From IMG/VR virus record IMGVR_UViG_3300008261_000400: a stretch of 64,000 nt of DNA; one strand, written 5' to 3'. The position numbers were made by a program, and so were the translations under genes. Shown one piece after another: positions 48,529 through 59,900 of the stretch. Under the pieces are notes generated by a model that saw nothing but the letters and a program-made list of their open reading frames with translations, ran no database searches and was not told the origin of the DNA. This stretch comes from an uncultured virus (IMG/VR IMGVR_UViG_3300008261_000400) (taxonomy: Duplodnaviria > Heunggongvirae > Uroviricota > Caudoviricetes). The stretch's first letter is position 1, and every line of letters begins with the position of its first letter.

Positions 48529-50040
48529 ATGAGTTTATCAACCCATTTTAGAGCAGAACTAGAAGAGGAAATTGAAATTCTAGAGAATCAAAAGGATGCT
48601 ATCCGAAGTGAAGTAACTTTACTAGATACCCAGCTGGATAGATATGATGTTATAATAGAAAATATTGATAGAGATTTAGTGCCATTAATTAATGAAATTA
48701 ATGTTGGTATCAATTCTGTAAAAAACGCATATGATAATAGGGTCTCTATAGGATGCAAAAATGATCTAAGTTGGGAAGTCGTCAAACAAACTAAAGTTAG
48801 ATTTGGAATAACTGAATATAATTCTGTAACATATGAAGTTAAAAAGAATTCAGACGTATCCGAAACTACCAATTATTATGGAGTAAAGTTCTACAGAAAA
48901 CCACAAAATAAAGACTATGGATCTAATGTAATAGGAGAATTCACTGGAACAATTAGTTTGGGTTCAACAAGTTTAGCAGTAATAAGCATAGGCGGAACAT
49001 CGGGTATATTAGTCGGAGACACAATCGTAGATAACATTGATGATCCAGTAATATTTTCAAGTGGAAATCTACCAACAGTTGTTGGATTTGATACTACTTC
49101 AGAAATCGGAATCAATACAACTATCAGTGGTTCAATATCTGTTGGATCTACTATTCTGGCTTTTACTGGAACAGGAAGCACGATTGGTATTAATACTGGA
49201 GATGCAATAGGACTTGAGTATATTTTACCAGAAAACACAACCGTTGTTGGATTTAGTACTGGATCGGAATTTTCTTCAATATTATTAAGTACAAGTCCAA
49301 CAGCATCTGTAACTGGACAACTTTTTACAGCAATAAGAAATACTGAAATAGGCAGTTCTGTTTTCAATGAAGAGACAAATCCCATAGATCCAGTATCAAT
49401 TGATTTAATGGATTTGAACAAAGCTGGACTTGGACATAAGGTAGTTTTAGTAAACAATGGAAGTCCGATTGGACCATTCCAATGGCATGAAGTCAGAGAA
49501 GATCGTGAACCAGATTGTGGAGCAAGTTTCGCTCTTTACTATCCAGGAAACGAATCATGGCCAAGTATCTCAACATTTACATATAATCCTAGCACTGGTG
49601 CATTAATTTCAGTAGCAACTACATATGCGTCAATAGGAGCTAGAGTAACTATTGGAGTGGGAACATTAAGTTCTAATGGTATAGGAACTATAACAAGTAA
49701 ACCTGCTCGTTTTAATGGTACTGTTCCATCTGCTGGAGTATGTGCTTCATATTCAAGTAGTATTACATCCTATGAAAGTTCTCTGACAACCATTATTAAT
49801 AGAAATGTTCCGAAAATTACGGAACTTATTTCTAAATCCTCCATCTTAAGAAGACTTAGAGATAAAAAAGAAAGTGCTGCATTTTCTCTTTCTCAGGCAT
49901 ATGACTTTGTGGTTTCGGAAATACAACAAGCCACTTCTGATCTAAACAATCTTAGGGTTGAAGATTTTAGTAAATATGATCCTGACAATTACAAACCAAC
50001 GAGAAGGTCCACTGCAGTTGGTATTGCGTCCGCAATTTAA
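48529..50040 (+). CDS. Putative virion structural protein
   Basis: Coiled-coil ends, Gly/Ser/Thr-rich beta core. Confidence 0.6.
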   Translation: MSLSTHFRAELEEEIEILENQKDAIRSEVTLLDTQLDRYDVIIENIDRDLVPLINEINVGINSVKNAYDNRVSIGCKNDLSWEVVKQTKVRFGITEYNSVTYEVKKNSDVSETTNYYGVKFYRKPQNKDYGSNVIGEFTGTISLGSTSLAVISIGGTSGILVGDTIVDNIDDPVIFSSGNLPTVVGFDTTSEIGINTTISGSISVGSTILAFTGTGSTIGINTGDAIGLEYILPENTTVVGFSTGSEFSSILLSTSPTASVTGQLFTAIRNTEIGSSVFNEETNPIDPVSIDLMDLNKAGLGHKVVLVNNGSPIGPFQWHEVREDREPDCGASFALYYPGNESWPSISTFTYNPSTGALISVATTYASIGARVTIGVGTLSSNGIGTITSKPARFNGTVPSAGVCASYSSSITSYESSLTTIINRNVPKITELISKSSILRRLRDKKESAAFSLSQAYDFVVSEIQQATSDLNNLRVEDFSKYDPDNYKPTRRSTAVGIASAI

Positions 50041-50110
50041 ACTGGCACACACCTCCACCCAACCGCAAATTTCTGTGGTATGATATTGGAGTACAACAAA
50101 ATTACTCTAA

Positions 50111-50287
50111 ATGCAAATTGATCGTGATGTCTTGAAGTCCCTTCAAGAACTACAAGAAGATGTTGCCGCAGCCTTTACAGATGAAAACTTTCCAATTAGT
50201 GGTGAAGTTTACTGGACTGCTGTAGAGTGTCTTGCAACTGCAAAACTTGCAGAACTTCGTGGCGAATTGATTGCAGATGAAGTATAA
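50111..50287 (+). CDS. Hypothetical protein (58 aa)
   Basis: MQIDRDVLKSL..SGEVYW..LATAKLAEL; upstream TGGTATGAT extended -10. Confidence 0.6.
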   Translation: MQIDRDVLKSLQELQEDVAAAFTDENFPISGEVYWTAVECLATAKLAELRGELIADEV

Positions 50288-50424
50288 GGTCGATTATAAA
50301 AAACCAAAGAAAAAAGGTTACAGTAATCAGAGTGTGATTTTCTTTAATATTGAAGATGCTATCAGGTGGGAAAATCATGTAAAAGAAAACTGTTGTATAA
50401 ATGTAGAAGTAATTCCGATTTTAA

Positions 50425-51327
50425 ATGATGTTTGAGAGAGTAGACTGGACACTGAAAAAAGAGTCAAATAACAAATTAGATTTGTCGAATAATGTTTGTT
50501 TTGACTCAATTTTGCAAAATCAAATTGCAGGTCTTTTTCGCAATAAGGGTCCAGTCTGCAATCAATATGCAGATGAAGGGGTGGTTTATGACATTCTTTC
50601 AGAATATTATGAAATTTCTTCCAGACAAATTGCAATAGGACTTGGATTGGGAGAGTTGATACCAAGAATCTTTCAACTCTATAGAGACAGAAAGTTCTCT
50701 ATTATTACTCCCACATGGATGATGGCTACAGGATTCTGTGAGATTTACAATATCAATTATGTGGAGGGAATTGATACCTCTGCTGACGTATTGTATATTG
50801 CGAATCCTAATGGAATGACAGGGGAATATACACATCCAGACAAGATACGAGAGCTATTTTCTCAATTTGAATTAGTAATCATTGATGAAGCCTACGCAGA
50901 GTTTTGTGTGGAAATTGATTGTTCTCTAATTTCTTCCGCAATAACTCTTGATAATGTGATCGTATGTAAAACCTTGAGTAAAAGTCTTGCTTTACCTGGA
51001 CTTAGATTTGGATATTGTTTTTCTAATGAAAAAACGATTTATGAGATCCAAAAAGTAAGACCTTCTGGTGTATGTAATACTATCATTCCTAGTATTGGAA
51101 TAGAACTTTTTGAACTAATTCCTCAACATGTAAAAAGGATGTTAGACTGTAGAACGTATATCCAACGTAAATATGATTGTGTTCCATCGCACTCTAATTT
51201 TGTTTTGTTGAAGAACAAAGAAAAGTTTTTAGATTTTGTAAAATATAAAACTATCAATGGTCTACATAGAATGTCCCTTTTAGATTACAGTTCTTTTAGA
51301 TATTATGAAGAGATTTCAAACCTTTGA
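50425..51327 (+). CDS. PLP-dependent class I/II aminotransferase (HisC-like)
   Basis: YIANPNGMTG, IIDEAYAEF, KTLSKSLALPGLRFGY, SHSNFV. Confidence 0.88.
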   Translation: MMFERVDWTLKKESNNKLDLSNNVCFDSILQNQIAGLFRNKGPVCNQYADEGVVYDILSEYYEISSRQIAIGLGLGELIPRIFQLYRDRKFSIITPTWMMATGFCEIYNINYVEGIDTSADVLYIANPNGMTGEYTHPDKIRELFSQFELVIIDEAYAEFCVEIDCSLISSAITLDNVIVCKTLSKSLALPGLRFGYCFSNEKTIYEIQKVRPSGVCNTIIPSIGIELFELIPQHVKRMLDCRTYIQRKYDCVPSHSNFVLLKNKEKFLDFVKYKTINGLHRMSLLDYSSFRYYEEISNL

Positions 51328-52051
51328 TGGAACAAGTGGAAAAGATTTAATTAATTCTACACTTAAAAGCATAGAACTAAATATAACCACTACATGTAAT
51401 CGATCTTGTTCTTTTTGTCCACATTCATGGGGATTCAAAAAAGAAGATACAAGGGAGAAATTTGTTTCATTGGATATCGTAGATAGATTTATTGAATGGT
51501 TATCAGACTATGATAATCAAATTACGTTATGTGGTCTTGGTGAGCCCACTATGCACCCACAGATTAATGATATCCTTGATAAATTCCAAAAACTAAACAA
51601 CAAAATTATTCTTGTAACTAATGGATATAAACTAAAAGATGTTGTAAATCATTTGGGTAAAATTCGTGCAAGGGTAAGTCTATATGAAACTATGGATTTG
51701 CCGAATATTGATTGTGATATTTTGGATTACACAAATCAAGGAGAAAATGAATACTTCAATAATAGAAGTTATGGTGAAGGGATAACTAAATCATGTTATC
51801 TTCCATCATATAAAATGGTAGTAGATACCAATGGTGGAATTTTACCTTGTGACAATAACTGGCAAGAAATTTTATACCTTGCCAATATCCAGGAGGACAC
51901 ATTAGAGTATGCATGGTTGGAAAAATTCGGACCATTCAGACTAAACTGTTCCAAAGATAGAAAGTTGAATGATTACTGCAAGTCTTGTAATGCACATGGA
52001 ACTCTCTATGGGGAAAGTGAAATGAGGCTCTTGACAACTGACCAAATCTGA
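51305..52051 (+). CDS. Radical SAM/SPASM protein
   Basis: CNRSCSFC, GLGEP, TNG, C-terminal CYLP..G.ILPC..CKSC. Confidence 0.88.
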   Translation: MKRFQTFDGTSGKDLINSTLKSIELNITTTCNRSCSFCPHSWGFKKEDTREKFVSLDIVDRFIEWLSDYDNQITLCGLGEPTMHPQINDILDKFQKLNNKIILVTNGYKLKDVVNHLGKIRARVSLYETMDLPNIDCDILDYTNQGENEYFNNRSYGEGITKSCYLPSYKMVVDTNGGILPCDNNWQEILYLANIQEDTLEYAWLEKFGPFRLNCSKDRKLNDYCKSCNAHGTLYGESEMRLLTTDQI

Positions 52052-52054
52052 ACT

Positions 52055-52267
52055 ATGATGCATATGTACAAAATCAATTATGAATCCTTGAAGGAAGTTC
52101 CAGTAAAAACAACTCCAAAAAATGTACAAGAAGCCAATGAAGCTTTATTTCATGCACGAATGACTATTCCTGCCGCTGCTAAACACTGTGGAATGACCAC
52201 CAAAGAAATGAAGTTGACATTTCACGAGTTTCTGAAGTATAATCCTCCTATCTACAAACAAGAGTAG
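52055..52267 (+). CDS. Hypothetical HTH-like protein
   Basis: MTIPAAAKHCGMT.KEMK. Confidence 0.65.
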   Translation: MMHMYKINYESLKEVPVKTTPKNVQEANEALFHARMTIPAAAKHCGMTTKEMKLTFHEFLKYNPPIYKQE

Positions 52268-52277
52268 AACTTTTCTT

Positions 52278-52361
52278 GGGAGCGTGGCGGAAGTGGTAGA
52301 CGCACCGGACTTAAAATCCGTTGGGAGCAATCCCGTGAGAGTTCAAGTCTCTCCGTTCCTA
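52278..52361 (+). tRNA. tRNA-Leu(TAA)
   Basis: Long variable arm; anticodon arm CGGA-CTTAAAA-TCCG; TTCAA T-loop. Confidence 0.95.
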
Positions 52362-52392
52362 CTTTAATAAATAAATCAAAATATTTCTGATC

Positions 52393-52872
52393 ATGACTAT
52401 TAAAGCTAAGTTCATTTCATATTTTGAAGGTTACTTTAACAATCAAAAACAAGCTTTCCACATGCCCAGAGAGTTTGCACTTATTGAAGTAAATCATACT
52501 AAAATTTCTGCAAATAAATTTAGAGTAACTCAAAAGTATATCATTGATCAACATCCATATAGACAATCAATTATTGAAGTAACTCAAAAAGACGGAAAAA
52601 TCATCTTAAAATCATATAGAGATACAGAAGATCAACCTTATTTGAGTGGATGTGATGTAGAATTTGAATATAATGAAGAAAAGGATGAGTTTCATGGACA
52701 AAACACTTGTAAAGAGTGTTTCATTGAAAAAAATGGTAAAAACACATATCTAGTTACTGAAGCTTATCTCGGAAAAGATTACTATACAGTAATTGATAAA
52801 GGATATGATCCCGAAACAGATTCTCAAGTTTGGGGTTCATATCACGGACATTTCCTATTTGATAGGAAATAA
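52393..52872 (+). CDS. cpeT: CpeT/CpcT-like phycobiliprotein lyase
   Basis: G.FNNQKQA..P..FA.I, PYRQ, GCD, DKGYDPET..QVWGS. Confidence 0.88.
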   Translation: MTIKAKFISYFEGYFNNQKQAFHMPREFALIEVNHTKISANKFRVTQKYIIDQHPYRQSIIEVTQKDGKIILKSYRDTEDQPYLSGCDVEFEYNEEKDEFHGQNTCKECFIEKNGKNTYLVTEAYLGKDYYTVIDKGYDPETDSQVWGSYHGHFLFDRK

Positions 52873-52893
52873 TCGGAGAAATCCGATTTTTAC

Positions 52894-52967
52894 GCCTTCG
52901 TAGCTCAGTTGGATAGAGCAGGGCTTTTGTAAAGCTCAGGTCGCAAGTTCAAGTCTTGTCGGGGGCT
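52894..52967 (+). tRNA. tRNA-Thr(TGT)
   Basis: GCCTTCG/CGGGGGC acceptor; GGGCT-TTTGTAA-AGCTC anticodon arm. Confidence 0.95.
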
Positions 52968-53182
52968 TTGAGTTAATAAAAACTTAAATGTCTTTACTAT
53001 CACAAAAAGATAGGGAAATCACTATCGCCGCATTGGAAAACTACCTAATGAAACTGAGGTTAGAATCTCAGTTTGATGATTCTAAAATTACAGAAACAAA
53101 CTCTCTTTTAAATTGGATTAAATTAGACTACCAAAAGAATAATTTATCAGGAAACTAAAACAAAATAAGTAAAAATACTTAG

Positions 53183-53794
53183 ATGAAATCGGATTTTTAT
53201 ATAGATAGAGTTAGTAAAGATGAAATTAAAGATCTTCTTTATACTCATCATTACTTAAAAGATGAATCCAAAGATTTCAAATCTGGGTATAACTATGGAC
53301 TTTTCAAGCATCCAGACTGGGAATGCCCTCTTAGACTTGGCGGGTGCCTTGGTGCTTGCGTTTTTACTGGTCTCCCAGTTCCAGAAATAGCAGTAGGAGC
53401 ATTTGGATTAGATCGTAATGAACAACAAGGAATCTTTGAACTCTCCAGACTTTGCATCGAACCTAGTACGCAGTCATGCGAATATAACATCACTTCTTGG
53501 TTTGTGTCACGAGCGATTAGACAACTTCGGAAAGATACTGAAGTTAAAGCGATCATCTCTTACGCTGATAACAGTCACCATGTTGGTACAATCTATCGCG
53601 CTTGCAACTTTAAGTATTACGGTCTCACGGATAGAAAAAAAGATTTCTATTATTCAGACGGAACTAAACACTCTCGTGGAAAAGTAAAAGGACAAGAGGG
53701 TGAATGGAAAAATCGAAGCCAAAAACACAGATATGTAATGATCTTTAATAAAGAGTTGAACGATAAACTTGCCTGGAAAGAAGTAAAGTGGTAA
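53183..53794 (+). CDS. Mom-like GNAT DNA modification protein
   Basis: HHYL, ELSRLC, SWFVSRAI, IISYAD..H.GTIYRACNF. Confidence 0.78.
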   Translation: MKSDFYIDRVSKDEIKDLLYTHHYLKDESKDFKSGYNYGLFKHPDWECPLRLGGCLGACVFTGLPVPEIAVGAFGLDRNEQQGIFELSRLCIEPSTQSCEYNITSWFVSRAIRQLRKDTEVKAIISYADNSHHVGTIYRACNFKYYGLTDRKKDFYYSDGTKHSRGKVKGQEGEWKNRSQKHRYVMIFNKELNDKLAWKEVKW

Positions 53795-53797
53795 TAT
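53769..53797 (+). promoter_or_regulatory. sigma70-type promoter
   Basis: TTGCCT-17 nt-TAATAT with extended TG. Confidence 0.55.
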
Positions 53798-53803
53798 ATA
53801 CTT

Positions 53804-53873
53804 GGTGATACTAACACCGTGACAAATCCCTTCCGTGTGACTTCAAAACCTCCTCTTTTTGGGGAGGTTTTTT
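53804..53873 (+). ncRNA. Candidate small RNA (about 70 nt)
   Basis: Promoter, GGTG/CACC hairpin, C/U-rich linker, terminator; no convincing ORF. Confidence 0.4.
53845..53873 (+). terminator. Intrinsic terminator
   Basis: AAAACCTCCTC-TTTTT-GGGGAGGTTTT followed by further T. Confidence 0.85.
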
Positions 53874-53920
53874 AGTGTCTAAATATAAAAAGAATAGATT
53901 TGTCACTGTAGGATAACGCA

Positions 53921-56900
53921 ATGCCCCTAAGTAGATTAGAGAATTTCCTCAAAAATGCTGAAGGTAATATTCTTTATGTAAACCCAGCAGACTTCGATGC
54001 TACAGATAGTTTTGAAAATAGAGGTAACTCGTTAACCAGACCCTTCAGAACAATTCAAAGAGCATTAATTGAAGCGGCAAGATTTTCATACAGAGAAGGA
54101 AGAAATAACGATAAAATTGACACTACGACTATCTTAGTTTATCCAGGAACTCACTATATTGATAATAGACCTGGACATTCTATTCAAAATGTAAGTGGAT
54201 CAGCTGTATTTAAAAAATTAGTAAACGGTGCGTGGACTACTTCTGGTGCTACCTTAACGGAATTTGATGAAAATTCAAACTTTGATATCTTTGATGAAGA
54301 TAATGATTTATACAAATATAACTCGGTAGAAGGCGGTACTATTTTACCAAGAGGAACATCAATCGTTGGATTAGACCTCCGTAAAACTAAAATTCGTCCA
54401 TTATATGTACCAGATCCATATAACGATAATATTGCAAACTCCGCTATTTTCCGAGTAACTGGTACTTGTTACTTCACTGCTTTTACCATATTCGATGCTG
54501 ATCCTTCAAGAGTCGCTTATAGGGATTCCACAACAGCAAAAGTAAATCCAAATTTCTCTCACCATAAGTTAACTTGTTTTGAATATGCTGATGGTGTTAA
54601 TAAAGTAATCCTTGACTCAAATACTACGGGTCTAACTGACCTTGAAATGTATTATTATAAAATTACTTATGCCTTTGGTGATACATCTGGTAGAGGTTTA
54701 CCCAACTTCCCAGTAGCTACTGGAACTGATTTTGAACCTTCTATTGATGAATATAGAATCGTTGGAGATCTTAGATCCGATGCTATTGGTATTACAAGCA
54801 TAAAAGCAGGAGATGGTGTAGTCGCTACCAAGACTATTTCGGTTAAAACTTCAGAGTCTCATGGATTGTTTAAAGATACCCCAGTGCTAATTGCGGGTAT
54901 TACTACGAACTTAGAGTCATATAATGGATCTTTCTTCGTAGCTGATGTATTAAGTGATACTGAATTTACCTATGTTTCTCCATCACAACCAACAGATCCA
55001 CTACCAGATGTTGCTACATTTGTAAACTCATCAGTAATTGTAGAGTCTGATAGTACATCTTCGGCTTCTCCATATATCTTCTCATGTACGTTGAGATCCG
55101 TTTATGGTATGAACGGTCTTCATGCAGATGGATCAAAAGCAACTGGATTTAAATCCATGTTGACTGCACAATTTACTGGAATTTCTCTACAAAAAGATGA
55201 TAATGCATTTATACTTTATGATCCAGAAACTGGAATTTATAATGACAATTCCACTGTAGCTGATAATGAAAAACCACTACACATAAATTCCAGAGCAATT
55301 TATAAGCCTAGTTACGAAAACGTACACATGAAGGCATCTAACAATGCCATTATTCAGTGCGTATCTATTTTTGCTATTGGTTATGCAAAACATTTCGTTT
55401 CCGAGTCTGGTGGAGACCAGTCCATTACAAACTCAAACTCAAACTTTGGTGCAATTTCCCTAGAGTCTTCTGGATTTAGAGGAGAATCTTTTGACAGAGA
55501 TGATGTAGGATACATCACACACGTTATTCCACCAAGAGAACCTGCTCCAAGAACTTCAGCAGTTACTTGGTTACCTCTTGACGCACTAAAAATTGTCTCT
55601 GCTGCAACAACAAGTAGATTATACATTGCAAATTACAAATCTGCAGATATTCCACCACCAAGCCAAATTGACAGTTATAAGGTAGGTGGAAAAAGAGGAG
55701 AAGAGTTATACTTCTCTACAATTATTGGTATAGCTCAGAGTACATTCTCTTCTCCAGTATTGATGCAAGTTCCTTCTGGAATTAGTACATCGGCTGAAAA
55801 GATCTATACCGTTGGTAGATCAGCAGGTATTAATAGTATTTCATCAAATATTATTACTCTTACCTCAAATCACCAGTTATTTAATGGAGAAAAAGTAAGA
55901 ATTTATAGTGATACAGGAGAACTCCCATCAAACGTACAAAATAATAAAATTTATTATGCATTAACTAATGGTGTAGCATCTAATCAAATTAAACTCTCAT
56001 CTACATTAAATGATGCCAACTCTGGAAATAATATTACTGGAATTTCAAATGGAGGGGGAGTAATAACTATTCTAAGTACTGTTTCTGATAAAAATCCAGG
56101 AGATGCAGGACACCCAATTCAATATGATACAACTGAAAGACAGTGGTATGTACAAAGTTCCCCAACAACTTCAACTAATAAAATTTACGATGCAATTGTA
56201 GGAATCGGAACTAGTGTTCTTGGAGAAGTTACAGGTGCATGTTACATCTTAAGAAGAGTAGACAATAGAGGTATTGATGAAAGAATTTATAGATTACGTT
56301 ACGTAATTCCAAAAGAATATCTTAATGCTAGACCACCAACAGATGGATTTATTCTTCAGGAAACAAAATCAGCTGGTATTGGAAGTGCTTCGTTTGTAAG
56401 TTCAAACGTAGAAGATCCCACACAACTAAAAAATCCAAAGATAATACTAGATGCATCATACCTATCAGGAACCGCAACAATCAAAACAGAGTTACCACAT
56501 AACTTAGTTGCTGGGGACCTAGTAAAAATAACCAATGTTGTAAGTAGTAATAATACAACTGGTTCTAATGAAATACCATACAATGGTAGTTTTATAGTCA
56601 ATGAAGTTCTAGGTCCAAGAGAATTTAATTATATTGGATTAACAAGTAGTCCAGGAACGTTCTTAAATCAGACAAACCAAAGAACCACACAACAACAAAT
56701 TGAAGCTCTACCTACAGTACAAAGAGAAAAATACAAAGAAAGTATTTTCATCTATAGAAGTACAGAAATTAAAAAACATATTCCAGGTTCTGATGGCCAG
56801 GATGGAATTTATAACTTAACAGCGATTTGTGGAAGTATTAGACCAGAAACCTCTGTTGGATTTGGTTTAAGTGAGAAAAGGTTCAATCAAGACGTAAGAA

Positions 56901-59900
56901 ATTTATATCCACAACAAGATAGAGATAATTTCAATTCAGATCCACTACCATCTACAAGTTTTGCAGATCTCGATCCACTAGGAAAAATTAGTACTAATGA
57001 TAAGAGACTCTCAATTACCAAAGAAGCTCTAAACATTTTCCTTGAAAATAATAGAATAGGATATGCAATTACCGGTGCAACTGTAAGTGGAGTTGGTAAT
57101 ACTACAATTACATTATATACAAATGTTGAACATGGTTTAAACCAGATTAAATCTTTATCATTGATTAATCCTGGGGCAGGATATAATAATAGTGCTGGTG
57201 TTACTAGTACAATATACTCTGCTGACTTAGTTAATGGTAGTATAAATGGCGAAGGTGCATCCGTAAAAGCAAACATCTCAGTAGGTAATACTATTACTAG
57301 TATTTCATTAGTAAATGGTGGTTGTGCTTATGGTGTTGGAAATACCATGACCATATCAGCTTCTCCTGCTGGTTCCCCAACAACATCTGCCGTAGTACAA
57401 GTAACAGAAATATTTGATAACGTCGGTGATACCTTAGAACTGTCTGGATTTGTTAATCCTGCATATAATGGAATTTTTAGAATTTTATCTGTACCAAATT
57501 CCAGATCTGTTCAAATTTTAAATACTGGATTAGGAACAGATTCAAGTGCTGCAGCATACAGACAAAGAACAGACTCCAGATATCCAATAGCCACATTAGT
57601 TTCCAATGGGGTCGGTATAACCACTATATCATACACTAAAGAAACTGGTATAGCGACAGTAACATGTTTAAGTGCTCATGGACTCATTCCAGGAAATACT
57701 TTCAAACTGGTTGGAACAGGAAGTACATTCTTCAGTGAAAAATTCTTTGTAAATGAATCTGTTGGAATTAATACATTTAATTTCAGTGCAGGAATTTCCA
57801 CAATTTCTCATACCACTTCTTCAAGTGGAATGACCGTACACAAATATGGAATTTCTGCTAATGCAAGGGCTTTAGGAGCTGGTGAGGAGAATTTAGGTGG
57901 AAGAGGATCATACATTTATGCAGGAATTACTACAACTCTAAGTGGAAATATTAGTAATACTACGACGACATTATCTCTAACATCTGCAAATGGATTCAAA
58001 AAGGGTGATTATATTTTAATCAACTCCGAAATTTTAAGAATTACTTCAGATCCAGTAGGAAATTCAATCACCGTATCTAGAGGACAATTCTCTACTTCAG
58101 TTTCATCTGCACTTTCTGGATCTTCTGTTAGAAAGATCCGTGTCTTGCCTATGGAAATTCGCAGACACTCTATTCTTCGTGCATCTGGCCATACTTTTGA
58201 ATATCTTGGATATGGTCCAGGTAACTATTCAACAGGTTTACCTGTAAAACAGAATCGTGTGTTGAGTGAGGATGAGGTTCTAATCTCACAAGCAAGAGAA
58301 CAAGATGGTGGTACTGTCGTTTACACTGGAATGAACGATAGAGGAGAGTTCTATTCTGGTGCAACTAAAATTAATGGTGCAACAGGAGAAGAAACTGTTA
58401 TTGAGGCTCCTATTGTTACATTTTTTGGAGAAGATGAGACCGACACTGACGTTAATAATAAACTCAGTGGAGTTTTTGATGATTTAGTTGTAAAAGAAAG
58501 AATTACTATTGAAGGTGGTGAAAACAATAACCAAACATCACAGTTCTATGGTCCTGTAAACTTTGGACAAAAAGTTACTTGTGCTTCAGAAGATGGACTT
58601 GAGACAAGAGATCTATTTGTAAAGGGTATCGCATCACAACCAAAACTTATAACTGTTGGACTTGCAACTCCTACAGATCCTAAGAAACCTGGTGATATTT
58701 CACTCCTAGCAACTCCAACTCCGGCTGGATACATTGGACATGTTTATGCTGATGGAGATTGGCGTCGTTGGGGATTAATTTCTCAACAAAAAGATAGAAA
58801 CTTCTTAAAATTTGATCAAATTGGTGTAGGATCAAGTGAAGGAGTATACAACTTTACTGATGCTGCAGAAGTTAATGGTACTTTGAAGGTTAAGAATCTT
58901 TATGTGGGTGGTGCGGTTACGTTTGCATCCAATCAGGCATTCACAGCTGTTACCTATGAAGACATTACTGTTACAAATCAAATTAACTATGCAGGAACTG
59001 GATCATCAACTTATACAATCAGACATCCAGATGCTACATCTATTGCACAATTCCAAAACATAGAAGTTACTGGAACTGCTGCAACATTTACAACTGCAAG
59101 AGTAAGACTAGAGAATTCTCTAAATTCCGTTTTTGCTGGAGTATCTACTTTTGCTGGAACGGTTGAAATAGGAAATCTTGTATGTAGTGCAGGAATTCTA
59201 ACTGTATTTGAATTAAGAGGAAATCAGATCGGTATTGATACAATAACTGTAAGAAACAATGCTTTCATAACATCAGGTATTGTAACTAACTTATATACGA
59301 ATGTTTCTTCTGCAACCAGTTTCTTCGGATATGTGGGTGTTATTACATCTCTAACTGGTCTTGCATGTACATTCACAAATGTTAATGGTACAAATGGATT
59401 CCTTAGTGGTCTTCGTGCAACTTCATCATTTGCAACACCAAATGCTTTCGTTAATGTTGGAGTAACCACAACACTTTCCGGAACAAGTTTAACTTATACC
59501 AGATCTTCAATTGGTTTAGCTACCATCACGAACTTAAATTCTACTGACTGGATTGGAGCTCCAACTGCTTATATAAATTCAGGACTTGTAACTGCGATTA
59601 CCGCAAATTATATTGGCGGTGGTTTAGGTGGAAATCCACTATCTATTTCAGTCAATAGTGGTGTTATCACATCTCTAACTGGAACCGCAGCAACATTCAC
59701 AAGTGTAAGAGCATCTTCTAGTTTAGTTTCTAATGATCTGGTATCATCTCCAGTAGGTGTTATTACAGCATTAAGTGGAGATAGAGCAAACTATACTGGT
59801 ATTGTTACTGCACAAAGGTACGAATCAACAGTTGCAACTGGAGCTCCACCAATAGTTGTTGCTTCAACTACAAAAGTAACTAATCTGAACGCAGATTTAC

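Noticed and set aside
48915..49457. 180-aa minus-strand ORF and similar shadows within the large fibre gene
   Set aside because: Antisense to coherent structural genes, with no motifs
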